Part shown: one piece after another, positions 11,001-19,176 of the stretch
How the letters are laid out: each line of letters begins with the position of its first letter
Position numbering within the stretch: position 1 is the first letter of the stretch
IMG/VR virus record: IMGVR_UViG_3300033979_000081
Span: 1 to 35,331 of that record
Direction: 5' to 3' (one strand)
Source: a virus
Taxonomy: Duplodnaviria > Caudoviricetes
Length of the DNA stretch: 35,331 bases
The notes under the pieces: model-generated
The model's input: only the letters and a program-made list of their open reading frames with translations
Told to the model about the DNA's origin: nothing
Databases searched by the model: none
Made by a program: the position numbers and the translations under genes

Positions 11001-11858
11001 TATCTCCAGTGGGACGGAACAGCCTTCACATGGACAACGGTTTCTGGTTCTGGTGACGTTGTAGGCCCAGCATCTTCCACAGACAACGCAGTTGCAAGAT
11101 TCGACGGGACAACCGGAAAACTTGTCCAAAACTCTGCTGTCACGATTGCAGACACGACGGGCGACATCACAGCAGGCAAGTTCAACGGGCTTACAGTCTC
11201 GACGACCACAGGTACTTTGACGCTTGCTAACGGTTCTACGCTTGCGACATCAGGTGCTAACAGCGTCACGATTACAAGCACAGGAACGACAAACGTCACG
11301 GTTCCGACCACAGGAACGTTAGCAACGCTTGCAGGCTCCGAGGCACTCACCAACAAGACCATCAACGGTTCTAGCAACACGATTACAAACGTCTCGTTGT
11401 CCACAGGCATCACAGGGACGCTAGGAACAACGAACGGTGGTACAGGTCTAACGACCATCGGAACTGCTTTACAGGTTCTCCGTGTCAACTCTGGTGCTAC
11501 TGCTTTAGAGTGGGGTACGGTTTCTGCAAGTCCTGGCGGTTCTAATACTCAAATTCAGTTCAACAACTCAAGTTCGTTTGGCGGTTCTGCAAACCTTACT
11601 TGGGATGGCACAAACGTCCAGATCGGGGCTACAGGAGCCTTACGGTTTGCGGACACAGACTCATCCAACTATGTAGCTTTCAAGGCTCCAGGGACGGTTT
11701 CTGCAAACGTAACGTGGACACTTCCAAGTGCTGATGGCACTAACGGCCAGATCTTGCAAACAAACGGATCTGGTACGCTTTCATGGGTCACAAACACAGG
11801 TGGTTCTGGTATTTCAACAGGCAAGGCTATCGCTATGGCGATGATCTTTGGGTTCTAG
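8070..11858 (+). CDS. Long tail fibre built from Gly/Ser/Thr-rich repeats
   Basis: N-terminal IAEGCAPSNINNAIRELM attachment motif; several repeat families; C-terminal ISTGKAIAMAMIFG. Confidence 0.85.
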   Translation: MAKTKISEFSSTPGNNTDIDGIDIAEGCAPSNINNAIRELMSQLKNQQAGLDGDTFTVSDVLAVQGVAANAGRVRIGEDSDNGSNYIELRAASAMASNVTFTLPDADGAANAVLGTDGAGNLSFSSATGTGNVVRATSPTLTTPNLGTPSAATLTNATGLPISTGVSGLGTNVATALAVNVGSSGAFTTFNGAMGTPSSITLTNATGMPLSGVTGLGTNVATALGVNVGSTGAFVTTSGSGAAGTWGISISGNAATVTDGVVTSGSYANPAWITSLASSKLTGTIPIETGGTGQGSKTAAFNALSPLSTKGDIVAHSGTDNVRVPVGSNGQVLVADSSETGGVKWSTVSGVGTVVSVGITPPAFLTAGSPVTSSGNITLTYSGTAIPVTSGGTGLTSLGAALDVLRVNSAGTALEFATLATGGDVTGPASATNGQLAIYNGVTGKILTGSSVTGVLKASSGVVAAATAGTDYVAPGGALGTPSSGTLTNATGLPISTGVSGLGTNVATALAVNVGSSGAIITNGGALGTPSSGTLTNATGLPISTGVSGLGTGVATALAVNTGSTGAIVTRNGALGTPSSATLTNATGLPLSSGVTGTLPVSNGGTGLTALGSALQVLRVNAGATGLEFASGSSGDVTGPASSTDNRIVRFDGTTGKIIQSSSASITDTGQGSFVGYMQVTANTGAGTSGYLELQSNDAGSGTKTLRIQPSSAASTSTQTYVFPTSYGTNGQTLNTDGAGNLFWGTASGTGDVYGPVGATNNQIALFDSTTGKLIKAATTTGLLKASSGVIAAAVSGTDYAPATSGSGILKGNGSGGFSTASSGTDYAPATSGTSILKGNNLGGFQAAQANVDYQQVINVTGLVKASGSGVVAAAASGIDYAPATSGTNILKGNGSGGFTQATSGTDFVPPSGTGATGTWGISISGNAATATSATSATSATTATTATNIAGGAANRIAVQSGSGATGFIAAPTSGSTYLQWDGTAFTWTTVSGSGDVVGPASSTDNAVARFDGTTGKLVQNSAVTIADTTGDITAGKFNGLTVSTTTGTLTLANGSTLATSGANSVTITSTGTTNVTVPTTGTLATLAGSEALTNKTINGSSNTITNVSLSTGITGTLGTTNGGTGLTTIGTALQVLRVNSGATALEWGTVSASPGGSNTQIQFNNSSSFGGSANLTWDGTNVQIGATGALRFADTDSSNYVAFKAPGTVSANVTWTLPSADGTNGQILQTNGSGTLSWVTNTGGSGISTGKAIAMAMIFGF
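8505..9935 (+). repeat. Five 144-bp (48-aa) LGTPS..TLTNATGLP repeats
   Basis: Units start at 8505, 8649, 9504, 9648 and 9792; mostly synonymous divergence. Confidence 0.85.
10458..10800 (+). repeat. 81-bp (27-aa) GTDYAPATSG..ILKGNGSGGF repeats
   Basis: Units start at 10458, 10539, 10620 (degenerate), 10701 and 10782 (partial). Confidence 0.8.
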
Positions 11859-11872
11859 ACTAGAGGCTAAAA

Positions 11873-12256
11873 ATGGCTGCTCCAAACATTGTTAACGTCG
11901 CAAGCATCGTTCCCCACACAGTGACGGTCACTCCTGCTGACACCAGTAGAAACGCGCTAGTCACTGCTCCTGCAACGGGTGCAGCGCATAAGATCAACTC
12001 CATTATTGTGTCGAATATAGATGGAACGAGTTCTTATGATGCTACGGTTGAACTAAGACTCGCAGATGGGACGACTTATCGAGCAATTGCTTCGACTGTT
12101 GCGGTTCCTGCTGATGCGTCTTTGGTTGTCGTCGATAAAAGCACAGCTTTATATCTCTTGGACACATCAGTCACGGGCGAGGCTAGTACCATTTATGTGA
12201 CGAGTTCGACAGCAAGTAAACTTACGTTTAGTTGTTCCTACGAAACCATAAGCTGA
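11873..12256 (+). CDS. Tail-fibre-associated small beta protein
   Basis: MAAPNIVNV...KINSIIVSNIDG...SYETIS; GAGG RBS; between fibre and LamG gene. Confidence 0.65.
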   Translation: MAAPNIVNVASIVPHTVTVTPADTSRNALVTAPATGAAHKINSIIVSNIDGTSSYDATVELRLADGTTYRAIASTVAVPADASLVVVDKSTALYLLDTSVTGEASTIYVTSSTASKLTFSCSYETIS

Positions 12257-12263
12257 GGTTACT

Positions 12264-14306
12264 ATGCTTAGAGGTAACGGCGGGGTCATAGGCCCAGCAA
12301 ACATCCCAACTCAGTCAGCAGCCAAAGGTGTCTGGTCACTGCAAGAGCAGTATTTAGCGCAACGACAAGGTATTTGGCCGCTTTCCATTCTTCCCGACCC
12401 TTACTTTGAATACACCACACTCCTGCTCCCAGGCAACGGAACCAACGGCGCACAGAACAACACGTTCTTAGATGCGTCTACTAATAACTTCACCATCACC
12501 CGCAACGGCAACACCACACAAGGCACTTTCTCACCGTTCTCGCAGACGGGGTGGAGCGGTTCTTTCAACACAAGTACAACGTACTTAACGGTTACAGACA
12601 CTTCAAATCTACGTTTTGGCAGCTCAAACTTTACGATTGAAGCATTTGTTTATCGTGCTGCAAGTGGAGCGACACAAACAATTGCCAGCAAAGGAGCGTC
12701 TACACCGACAGGTTGGGTTTTCCAGATTAGTTCGGCAGACAAATTGGTCTTTACAGACACAAGCACAAGCATTACCGGAGCAACTTCATTAGCAGCTAAT
12801 ACATGGTACTACGTTGCGGTTGTTCGTGCCGGAACTGGATCAAATCAAACCACGTTGTATGTCAATGCGGTATCAGACGCAACAGGAACGTCTGCGACTA
12901 CCTTCAGTCAAACAGACAACATGAAGATTGGTGCTGATCGTAGCAACACAAATTTTGCTAACGGTTATATCTCAAACTTAAGATTAAGCAATACAAACAG
13001 GACAATCTCAAGTACACCAACCTCTGCATTGGCAGCAGACTCTAATACTATTTTCTTAGGGCTTTACAACAACAGATTCCAGTACACAGACAGCACTGCT
13101 GCGTTTACAAATATGACTGTTACGGGGACTCCCTCCGTACAAGCCTTCTCCCCATTCAACCCCACCTCAAGCTGGTCTGCTACGACTAATGGTGGGTCAG
13201 GGTATTTTGATGGGAGTGGGGATTATTTGAGTGTTGCTAACAACACGGCAATACAAATTGGTCAAACATATACGATTGAAGGCTGGTTTTATTTATTAGC
13301 ATCAGAAGGACGTTTTTTCGGGAAATTTACTTCCGGTGTTGGTGGTTGGTTGCTTCTTGCTGGAACTACAAGTTTTACGTGGTATTACGCAAATGCTGGC
13401 GCTTCAACAATAACTGGTAGTTGGAATTTTAGAGCTAACTCGTGGAATCATGTTGCAATTTCTTCAAATTCTTCGGCAATGAGGGTTTGGCTTAATGGCG
13501 AATCTGTTGGGACTGTTTCAAGTCCTGTATCAACTCAAGATGACGGGGGTGCGTTGCTAATTGGTAATTACAACGGAACAGGCAGTATTTCATGGAACGG
13601 TTATCAATCAAACTTTAGAATCGTAAAAGGTTCTACGGTTTACGACCCAACATCCTCAACCATCACCGTACCAACAGCACCTCTCACTGCCATCACTAAC
13701 ACATCCCTCCTACTCAACTTCACCAACGCTGGTATCTACGATGCCACAAGCAAGAATGATCTGGAGACGGTGGGCAATGCTCAGATAAGTACGGCGCAGA
13801 GCAAGTGGGGTGGTAGCTCTATGTCGTTTGATGGGACGGGAGATTGGCTGCTTATTCCAGATCAACCAATACAACGCATAGGCACAGGCAACTTTACGGT
13901 TGAAGGATGGGTGTATAGAAACTCATCAGGAACCTATGGTCTTATTGGCAAAGGCACAGGAACAACGGGCTGGCTTGTATCCTTAAACAGCAGTAATCAG
14001 GTTGTATTTACCTACGGTTCTTCTACGATCACATCTACAGGGACGGTGTCCGCAACAACATGGACGCATATTGCTGTGGTGAGGGAAGGTACAAGCACCA
14101 ATCAGACAAAGATTTACATCAACGGAACCAATGACGGGACAGGTACGGTAAGCACAGACTTTAACCAAACCAATTCAATGTACGTTGGTGCAGATAGAAC
14201 AGGTGGAAGTGCTGCTAATGCGTATATGCAGGATGTTAGGGTTACTAACTACGCTCGATACACCAGCAACTTCACCGCACCAACAGCAGCCTTCCCAACC
14301 CTATAA
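12264..14306 (+). CDS. LamG/concanavalin A-like lectin domain protein (three domains), probable receptor-binding protein
   Basis: Three units with (F/Y)T(I/V)E.(F/W).Y, W.(H/Y)(V/I)A(V/I), GY.SN.R / YMQDVR motifs; C-terminal ARYTSNFTAPTAAFP. Confidence 0.85.
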   Translation: MLRGNGGVIGPANIPTQSAAKGVWSLQEQYLAQRQGIWPLSILPDPYFEYTTLLLPGNGTNGAQNNTFLDASTNNFTITRNGNTTQGTFSPFSQTGWSGSFNTSTTYLTVTDTSNLRFGSSNFTIEAFVYRAASGATQTIASKGASTPTGWVFQISSADKLVFTDTSTSITGATSLAANTWYYVAVVRAGTGSNQTTLYVNAVSDATGTSATTFSQTDNMKIGADRSNTNFANGYISNLRLSNTNRTISSTPTSALAADSNTIFLGLYNNRFQYTDSTAAFTNMTVTGTPSVQAFSPFNPTSSWSATTNGGSGYFDGSGDYLSVANNTAIQIGQTYTIEGWFYLLASEGRFFGKFTSGVGGWLLLAGTTSFTWYYANAGASTITGSWNFRANSWNHVAISSNSSAMRVWLNGESVGTVSSPVSTQDDGGALLIGNYNGTGSISWNGYQSNFRIVKGSTVYDPTSSTITVPTAPLTAITNTSLLLNFTNAGIYDATSKNDLETVGNAQISTAQSKWGGSSMSFDGTGDWLLIPDQPIQRIGTGNFTVEGWVYRNSSGTYGLIGKGTGTTGWLVSLNSSNQVVFTYGSSTITSTGTVSATTWTHIAVVREGTSTNQTKIYINGTNDGTGTVSTDFNQTNSMYVGADRTGGSAANAYMQDVRVTNYARYTSNFTAPTAAFPTL

Positions 14307-14314
14307 GGATAGAT

Positions 14315-14626
14315 ATGTACTGGACTAAAAACGGGTCTATCCCATCACAGACAACAGACGGCACAGAGGGCTGGCAACAGGCTCCATCACCACCGGCAGA
14401 GATTCCTGAAGGCAAGGAGTTGGTATGGTTAAACTGGGAATGGATCATCCGTGACCCTAAGCCACAAGACAGAGCAGGCTACCAGTGGAATTGGCAGCAC
14501 GATACAAGAAGCTGGGTAGAAGGTTCGTGGGGTACGGTTCCTGAGATCACAATAAGCACCCCAGAGCAAATAAGCAACTTAACTACAGCGCAAGTTTCTA
14601 ACTTAACTACGGCGCAGATGCTATGA
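14315..14626 (+). CDS. Trp-rich tail-fibre assembly/accessory protein
   Basis: AP.PP...W.NWEW...W.W....W pattern; C-terminal 24-bp duplication at 14576-14616 (SNLTTAQ x2). Confidence 0.55.
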   Translation: MYWTKNGSIPSQTTDGTEGWQQAPSPPAEIPEGKELVWLNWEWIIRDPKPQDRAGYQWNWQHDTRSWVEGSWGTVPEITISTPEQISNLTTAQVSNLTTAQML

Positions 14627-14838
14627 CACCGGAACAAAAGAGCGATGTGCTCACGGAGGCCGTAAAAGCTGCGCCTCCCATAGCCATTACAACCGCTGCT
14701 GTTGGTGGATTAACACTAAACGAGTGGGTTGCTCTTGCCACATTGCTATATATTGTGCTTCAATCCGGTTGGCTTGTCTGGAAGTGGTATCACGCGATAA
14801 AAGACAAGAAGAATGAAAAGTCTCCCGCAGATAGTTAA
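14623..14838 (+). CDS. Holin, T7 gp17.5-like
   Basis: AAPP...GLTLNEWVALATLLYIVLQ resembles T7 holin GLSLNEW...Y..VQ; basic C-terminus. Confidence 0.75.
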   Translation: MTPEQKSDVLTEAVKAAPPIAITTAAVGGLTLNEWVALATLLYIVLQSGWLVWKWYHAIKDKKNEKSPADS

Positions 14839-15079
14839 AGTAGTTTGGGAAGATGCCTGCCATGACACTTTGGGTTGGGGTGATAGCCCAGAGAAAGCCA
14901 GGGAATTTCAAGTTCCGCTTGTTGTCTCAGTAGGTTTTTTGTTAGCAGAGACCAAGCAGGGCGTGAAAATTTGTCAGTCATTGACTGACGACGCAATTGC
15001 TCAGTCTTTGGTCATTCCTCGAAAGATGATCCAAAGCATTGAGCGCGGAGCTTGGCGTGAGAAAAAAGTCAGAAGATGA
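14813..15079 (+). CDS. Small conserved phage protein (V.WEDA...SVGFL family)
   Basis: 88-aa ORF coupled to both neighbours; beta-rich. Confidence 0.6.
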   Translation: MKSLPQIVKVVWEDACHDTLGWGDSPEKAREFQVPLVVSVGFLLAETKQGVKICQSLTDDAIAQSLVIPRKMIQSIERGAWREKKVRR

Positions 15080-15992
15080 AGAGTTCATCGCAGTCTGGAA
15101 AGAACTAGGAAGCCCAACGAAGATTTCAGACCGTATCGGTCTTACTCTTCGCAATGTGTACGAGCGACGAAGGGCAATCGAGAAAAAATACAACATCCTT
15201 CTACCGACAAAAGATGCTCGTTTTACCTTACCAGAAAATCGTAGGCGAGCAACGCTAGAGGCCGAAGGCTATGTGATTGTATTTTCTGACGCTCACTTCA
15301 TGCCTGGAGAACCTTCCGCTGGGTTCAATGCGCTCCTTAAACTCATCAAGACCCTAAAGCCAAAAGCGATTATCGCAAACGGAGACATTCTCGACGGAGG
15401 GACTATCTCCAAGTATGGCCCTATGGACTGGGAGCCAGTCACAAGCCTGCGCGATGAACTCGAAGCAGTTCAGTGGCATATGGATCAGATCGTCAAGGCT
15501 TGTAAAGGTCTAGGTACTTTCTTACATCGAACCACAGGCAACCACGACATACGGTTTGACAAAAAACTAGCTGGCTCTGTTCCTGAGTTCAAAGGCATTC
15601 AAGGCACAACTCTTAAAGACCATATACCTGAGTGGTCTGTCAGTTGGTCGGTGATGGTCAATGACATCTGCATGATTAAACACAGGCTCCAACACTCAGG
15701 TATCCACTCTGGCTACAACAACACCTTGAAAGCAGGCATCTCTACGGTCTCAGGGCATACCCATCTCTTGGAAGTCAAAGGATGGGGTGATTATCGAGGG
15801 CGCAGATACGGCGTATCTACAGGGATGCTTGCAGATCCTGATGGTAATCAGTTCACATACATCGAGGACAATCCCGTCCCTTGGTGTTCAGGCTTTGCTG
15901 TCTTGTGTTTCAGAGATGGTCTACTTTTGCCTCCTGAACTCGTTGAGGTTATCGAAGGGACTGCATACTTTAGGGGGCAAGCCGTTGGCTAA
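15057..15992 (+). CDS. Calcineurin-like metallophosphoesterase with N-terminal HTH-like segment
   Basis: All five motifs: SDAH, GDILD, GNHD, KH, GHTH; GGAG-6nt-GTG start at 15057. Confidence 0.85.
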   Translation: MRKKSEDEEFIAVWKELGSPTKISDRIGLTLRNVYERRRAIEKKYNILLPTKDARFTLPENRRRATLEAEGYVIVFSDAHFMPGEPSAGFNALLKLIKTLKPKAIIANGDILDGGTISKYGPMDWEPVTSLRDELEAVQWHMDQIVKACKGLGTFLHRTTGNHDIRFDKKLAGSVPEFKGIQGTTLKDHIPEWSVSWSVMVNDICMIKHRLQHSGIHSGYNNTLKAGISTVSGHTHLLEVKGWGDYRGRRYGVSTGMLADPDGNQFTYIEDNPVPWCSGFAVLCFRDGLLLPPELVEVIEGTAYFRGQAVG

Positions 15993-16485
15993 CTTTGAAT
16001 CTGCTTACGACAAGATGATGGAGGACGAGGGAGGTTACGTTCTTCACGAAGTCCAGGGAGACCGAGGAGGCCAGACCTATGCTGGCATTGCTCGCAAGAT
16101 GCACCCAAAATGGGAGGGCTGGAATCATATCGACTACCAGGAAACACCTCCGACACAGCTAGTCCGAGACTTCTATAAAGAGCACTTTTGGGACAAGATC
16201 AAAGGCGATGATTTAACGCATGACGTTATAGCCTCGTCTCTCTTTAACTTTGCTGTCAATGCTGGCGTACCCGTATCTATCAAACTTGCCCAGATATGCG
16301 TCAAAACGGCCCCAGATGGCGTTATTGGCCCTAAGACCATATCAGCACTCAACCAAGCCAATCCTGAGCTATTTGTGGCTTATTACGCGCTGGCAAAGAT
16401 CGCTCGTTATAGAGACATTGTGACGCGGGATAGAAGCCAAATGAAGTTCATGTTAGGTTGGGTCAATAGGACGCTCAAGCTATGA
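15985..16485 (+). CDS. Endolysin, glycoside hydrolase family 108 with PG-binding C-terminus
   Basis: EGGY...D.GG.T.AGI catalytic motif, DGVIGPKT, F..GWVNR; AGGGGG-7nt-TTG start at 15985. Confidence 0.9.
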   Translation: MANFESAYDKMMEDEGGYVLHEVQGDRGGQTYAGIARKMHPKWEGWNHIDYQETPPTQLVRDFYKEHFWDKIKGDDLTHDVIASSLFNFAVNAGVPVSIKLAQICVKTAPDGVIGPKTISALNQANPELFVAYYALAKIARYRDIVTRDRSQMKFMLGWVNRTLKL

Positions 16486-16907
16486 ACCTGCTCGGAATCT
16501 CTTCCATCGTTGATAGCGTCGGAAAAGTTATCGGAGACTTGCACACATCCGATAAGGAACGCATGGAACTTGAGCTAGAGGCCAAGCGTATCGACCAGGC
16601 AATAGACCTCGGTCAGATGGAAGTTAACAAGGTCGAGGCAGCTAACCAGAATATGTTTGTTGCTGGCTGGAGACCTGCCATCGGTTGGGTTGGTGCTGGA
16701 GCGATGTTCTACCAGTTTCTTGCTTATCCGCTTTTAGTATGGGCATGGACTTGGATGCAGGCAGAACAGATTGTCCCGCAAGAGGTAAAGCCTCCTCCCA
16801 TGCTAGACACCGACGCTCTATGGGTTATTTTAAGCGGTATGCTTGGGATTGCTGGAATGAGGAGTTTTGAGCGCGTTAAGGGCGTTGTTCCTCCGGCAAG
16901 AAACTAA
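16482..16907 (+). CDS. Holin of 3TMs (GTA-type holin family)
   Basis: FVAGWRPAIGW...MLGIAGMRSFE signature. Confidence 0.85.
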   Translation: MNLLGISSIVDSVGKVIGDLHTSDKERMELELEAKRIDQAIDLGQMEVNKVEAANQNMFVAGWRPAIGWVGAGAMFYQFLAYPLLVWAWTWMQAEQIVPQEVKPPPMLDTDALWVILSGMLGIAGMRSFERVKGVVPPARN

Positions 16908-17475
16908 GTCTTTTAATTCTATACATTACATTTTTCACGTCATAAGGCTGGATACATAGCATCTCAGCAACTTTTTTAGGAGACCTTAGCTTTTCGTAAT
17001 TGCTGATTATTTTTTCTCTTACTTCATCGGTTATCTTTGACTTCGTAGAGTTACGGGCTTGTTGTTCGGCTGTTGCCCATCTGCAATTTTCTTTACTGTA
17101 AGGCCCGTTATTATTTATCCTATCTAACGAAAGACCGGTTGGCCTTGGGTTCATATCTTCAATAAAATTTCTTACGTCGTGCCATTCATCGCATACAAAA
17201 ATGCCTCGTAATCCATAATTTTTGTATTTATGGTGGCTGGCCTTATAACACCTTGCCATCATTGAATGCCAAACAGGATAAAGCTCGTGCGACCAACACC
17301 CATGCTTTCTGTTTTTTATTGCTGCATTTGCTATACCTTTTAAGGTATCAAAGACTACGTTTGGGTCTCCATGTTTATACCATCGAAGGTAATGCTTTCT
17401 GCAAAACTTTCGAGCAATCACAGGCGATTGGCAATTTTCTATTGTGCATGTATTCATTCGCAAAGAATACATCAT
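16876..17475 (-). CDS. HNH homing endonuclease
   Basis: W..M..RCY...YG.RGI.VCDEW, SLDRINNNGPYSKENCRWAT..QARN; N-terminal C..C...C.KHY zinc motif; visibly AT-richer than its flanks. Confidence 0.85.
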   Translation of the reverse strand: MMYSLRMNTCTIENCQSPVIARKFCRKHYLRWYKHGDPNVVFDTLKGIANAAIKNRKHGCWSHELYPVWHSMMARCYKASHHKYKNYGLRGIFVCDEWHDVRNFIEDMNPRPTGLSLDRINNNGPYSKENCRWATAEQQARNSTKSKITDEVREKIISNYEKLRSPKKVAEMLCIQPYDVKNVMYRIKRLSFLPEEQRP

Positions 17476-17717
17476 TTACGAACTCTTGAAAAGCCGCGGT
17501 GTTGCGCGGTAACTTCGTCTCGCACCATTTGCCCGATCTTGTCACCGTGTACCTTTTCGATCTTCTCGATGATCGGAAGTCGTTTGCTTTTAGCTAACTT
17601 TAAGATCATCTTCGCCCAGTCCTGAACGACAAACGGCAGTGCACTTTCGTACGCTGCCGCTATCTCCTCAACATCAGATGACTTAACTTGCTTGATAAGG
17701 TTGATCCACGATTCCAC
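17472..17717 (-). CDS. Hypothetical protein
   Basis: 81-aa ORF in the overlapping leftward chain. Confidence 0.6.
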   Translation of the reverse strand: MESWINLIKQVKSSDVEEIAAAYESALPFVVQDWAKMILKLAKSKRLPIIEKIEKVHGDKIGQMVRDEVTAQHRGFSRVRK

Positions 17718-17868
17718 GGATCGACCACTCCTTAAACGCTTTGTGCTTTGCCATAGTATCTGGGCACTCGGTTGACGGCGGAATCCAGCCGTGTTCCCTC
17801 CAGATTTCCTCGACGAGTCGGAAACGATCTTTCCTCGTCTGAGCCTTTATCAAGTCTTGCCAACTCAT
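17683..17868 (-). CDS. Hypothetical protein
   Basis: 61 aa; ATGA overlap with upstream gene; W..HGWIPPS motif. Confidence 0.6.
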   Translation of the reverse strand: MSWQDLIKAQTRKDRFRLVEEIWREHGWIPPSTECPDTMAKHKAFKEWSIRGIVDQPYQAS

Positions 17869-18095
17869 AAAAGGCCTTTCGGGAACGGATAGACTGCATC
17901 AGCGTGAGGAGTCCCAGGCCTCGGTGCATTAAAGAACCTCCGTTTTTCCAACTCTGTAGGCTTCCAGAATGCTTCCGGAGCCTCAGACTTGATAATGTGA
18001 ATGACCCTCTCTAAGACCGGAGAGTCATCCGAAATGTTTGCAGGACGCTTTGCAAACGCTTTTTTCAGCATGGTTTGGTGGTGTACGCTTAACAT
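17865..18095 (-). CDS. Hypothetical protein
   Basis: ATG at 18095 directly after the stop of the mini-SSB. Confidence 0.55.
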   Translation of the reverse strand: MLSVHHQTMLKKAFAKRPANISDDSPVLERVIHIIKSEAPEAFWKPTELEKRRFFNAPRPGTPHADAVYPFPKGLL

Positions 18096-18096
18096 A

Positions 18097-18318
18097 TCAA
18101 AATGGCACTGAATCGTCGTCATCGACTTTGGTTGATCTTACTTCCCCGTCTTTCTGCTGGAACTTTAGCCCCAGATACTTCCCGTCGGAACCTTCGTTGA
18201 CCCATCCTGAGATCCAGTATTCAGTCCCGTTTATCATTGCTGAACCTCTGTAGTCTGGGTGTACGTCTTTCTCTTTCTTCTTGTTTTTGCTGATTGATCC
18301 TGTTAGTTCTTTTGGCAT
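18097..18318 (-). CDS. Small ssDNA-binding protein (DUF736-like) with SSB-type acidic tail
   Basis: HPDYRG...YWISGW...KYL and C-terminal DDDDSVPF; next to the exonuclease. Confidence 0.7.
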   Translation of the reverse strand: MPKELTGSISKNKKKEKDVHPDYRGSAMINGTEYWISGWVNEGSDGKYLGLKFQQKDGEVRSTKVDDDDSVPF

Positions 18319-18899
18319 AGCGTTAACTCCATTTGATTAACTTCATTGAGAAAGGCAACCAGATCAGCCTCGATCTTGGTTAGCTCTTCCGGTTTTGGCT
18401 CGTAACGTACGATGAATAACTGTAGATGTTCAGGAAGCCTTGGGTCGAACGAAACAAAGTCGCACCAAGTCCTACCTGTCACGAGCATTTGAGTGAGCAT
18501 TTGTGGCTTGTATTTAGTGGGAACCTCCTTAGCTAGTAAATAATCAACGTGAGTGTTTGAGTTAGGGCACTTGATCTCGATCAAACCAGACCCTGCAAAG
18601 CCATCAGGAGACGCTCCAAGCCACTTTATCGACTTGTGGGTATGAAACCCTGTCTGCTCGACGAAATGGCCTGTATGGACTTCGTAGGCGGCTCTGGCAA
18701 CGGGTTCTTGTTCAGTACCCCATTGCATAGCTGCGTTTGTGAATGAATCACCTTGTAATCCCGTCAGACGCTCTGTAACGAGTTGGATCTGGTAGTTACG
18801 GCGCGTAGCTGTACCAGGTTTTGCAAGCGCGTCTGAAGCCCTGCTAGCGGTTAGGTGACCTAACCTTGCCTTAAACCAATCATCCGATCTTTGTTCCAT
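18303..18899 (-). CDS. YqaJ-like / lambda-type exonuclease
   Basis: QRS.DW..AR.G.LTAS, WG...EP.AR, GASPDG, IEIKCP, Q...QM, CDFVSFDPR. Confidence 0.92.
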   Translation of the reverse strand: MEQRSDDWFKARLGHLTASRASDALAKPGTATRRNYQIQLVTERLTGLQGDSFTNAAMQWGTEQEPVARAAYEVHTGHFVEQTGFHTHKSIKWLGASPDGFAGSGLIEIKCPNSNTHVDYLLAKEVPTKYKPQMLTQMLVTGRTWCDFVSFDPRLPEHLQLFIVRYEPKPEELTKIEADLVAFLNEVNQMELTLCQKN

Positions 18900-19176
18900 T
18901 TTGCACCTTTAACCATCCTCGTTCGATCATTGCTTGCATTGTGTTGATGTACGCTTGGTTCCAGAAGTCTCGACGTTCTTCACGCGACATTTCTTTTCCC
19001 TGATCCAAGTATGAGTGACACTTAAAACAAAGAGATGCTACTAAAGCATCAGAGACCTTAATGCCCATGCCTTTGCCTTGATTCCTGTGGGCAGCGACTA
19101 CAGTCCCGTCCTCACAAAAACATGATCCGCAAGGCATATTTCTACAAGCCTCGAGCAACTTTTTGTTGGTGTACAT
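18880..19176 (-). CDS. YbcO/DUF1364-like zinc-binding nuclease
   Basis: C..C...VVAAH...KGMGIK..D......C..CH...D. Confidence 0.75.
   Translation of the reverse strand: MYTNKKLLEACRNMPCGSCFCEDGTVVAAHRNQGKGMGIKVSDALVASLCFKCHSYLDQGKEMSREERRDFWNQAYINTMQAMIERGWLKVQNGTKIG

Noticed and set aside
8324-11488. Long minus-strand ORFs over the tail fibre, and similar shadow ORFs over other structural genes
   Set aside because: Antisense shadows of Gly/Ser/Thr/Ala-rich coding sequence; no RBS or recognisable motifs
8070-14306. Diversity-generating retroelement or invertible tail-fibre cassette
   Set aside because: No reverse transcriptase or invertase; repeat differences are third-position, not adenine-specific
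15787-15984. 66-aa N-terminal extension of the endolysin in the ORF track (possible SAR/signal segment)
   Set aside because: Lies wholly within the phosphoesterase gene; an SD plus TTG at 15985 gives a normal-length GH108
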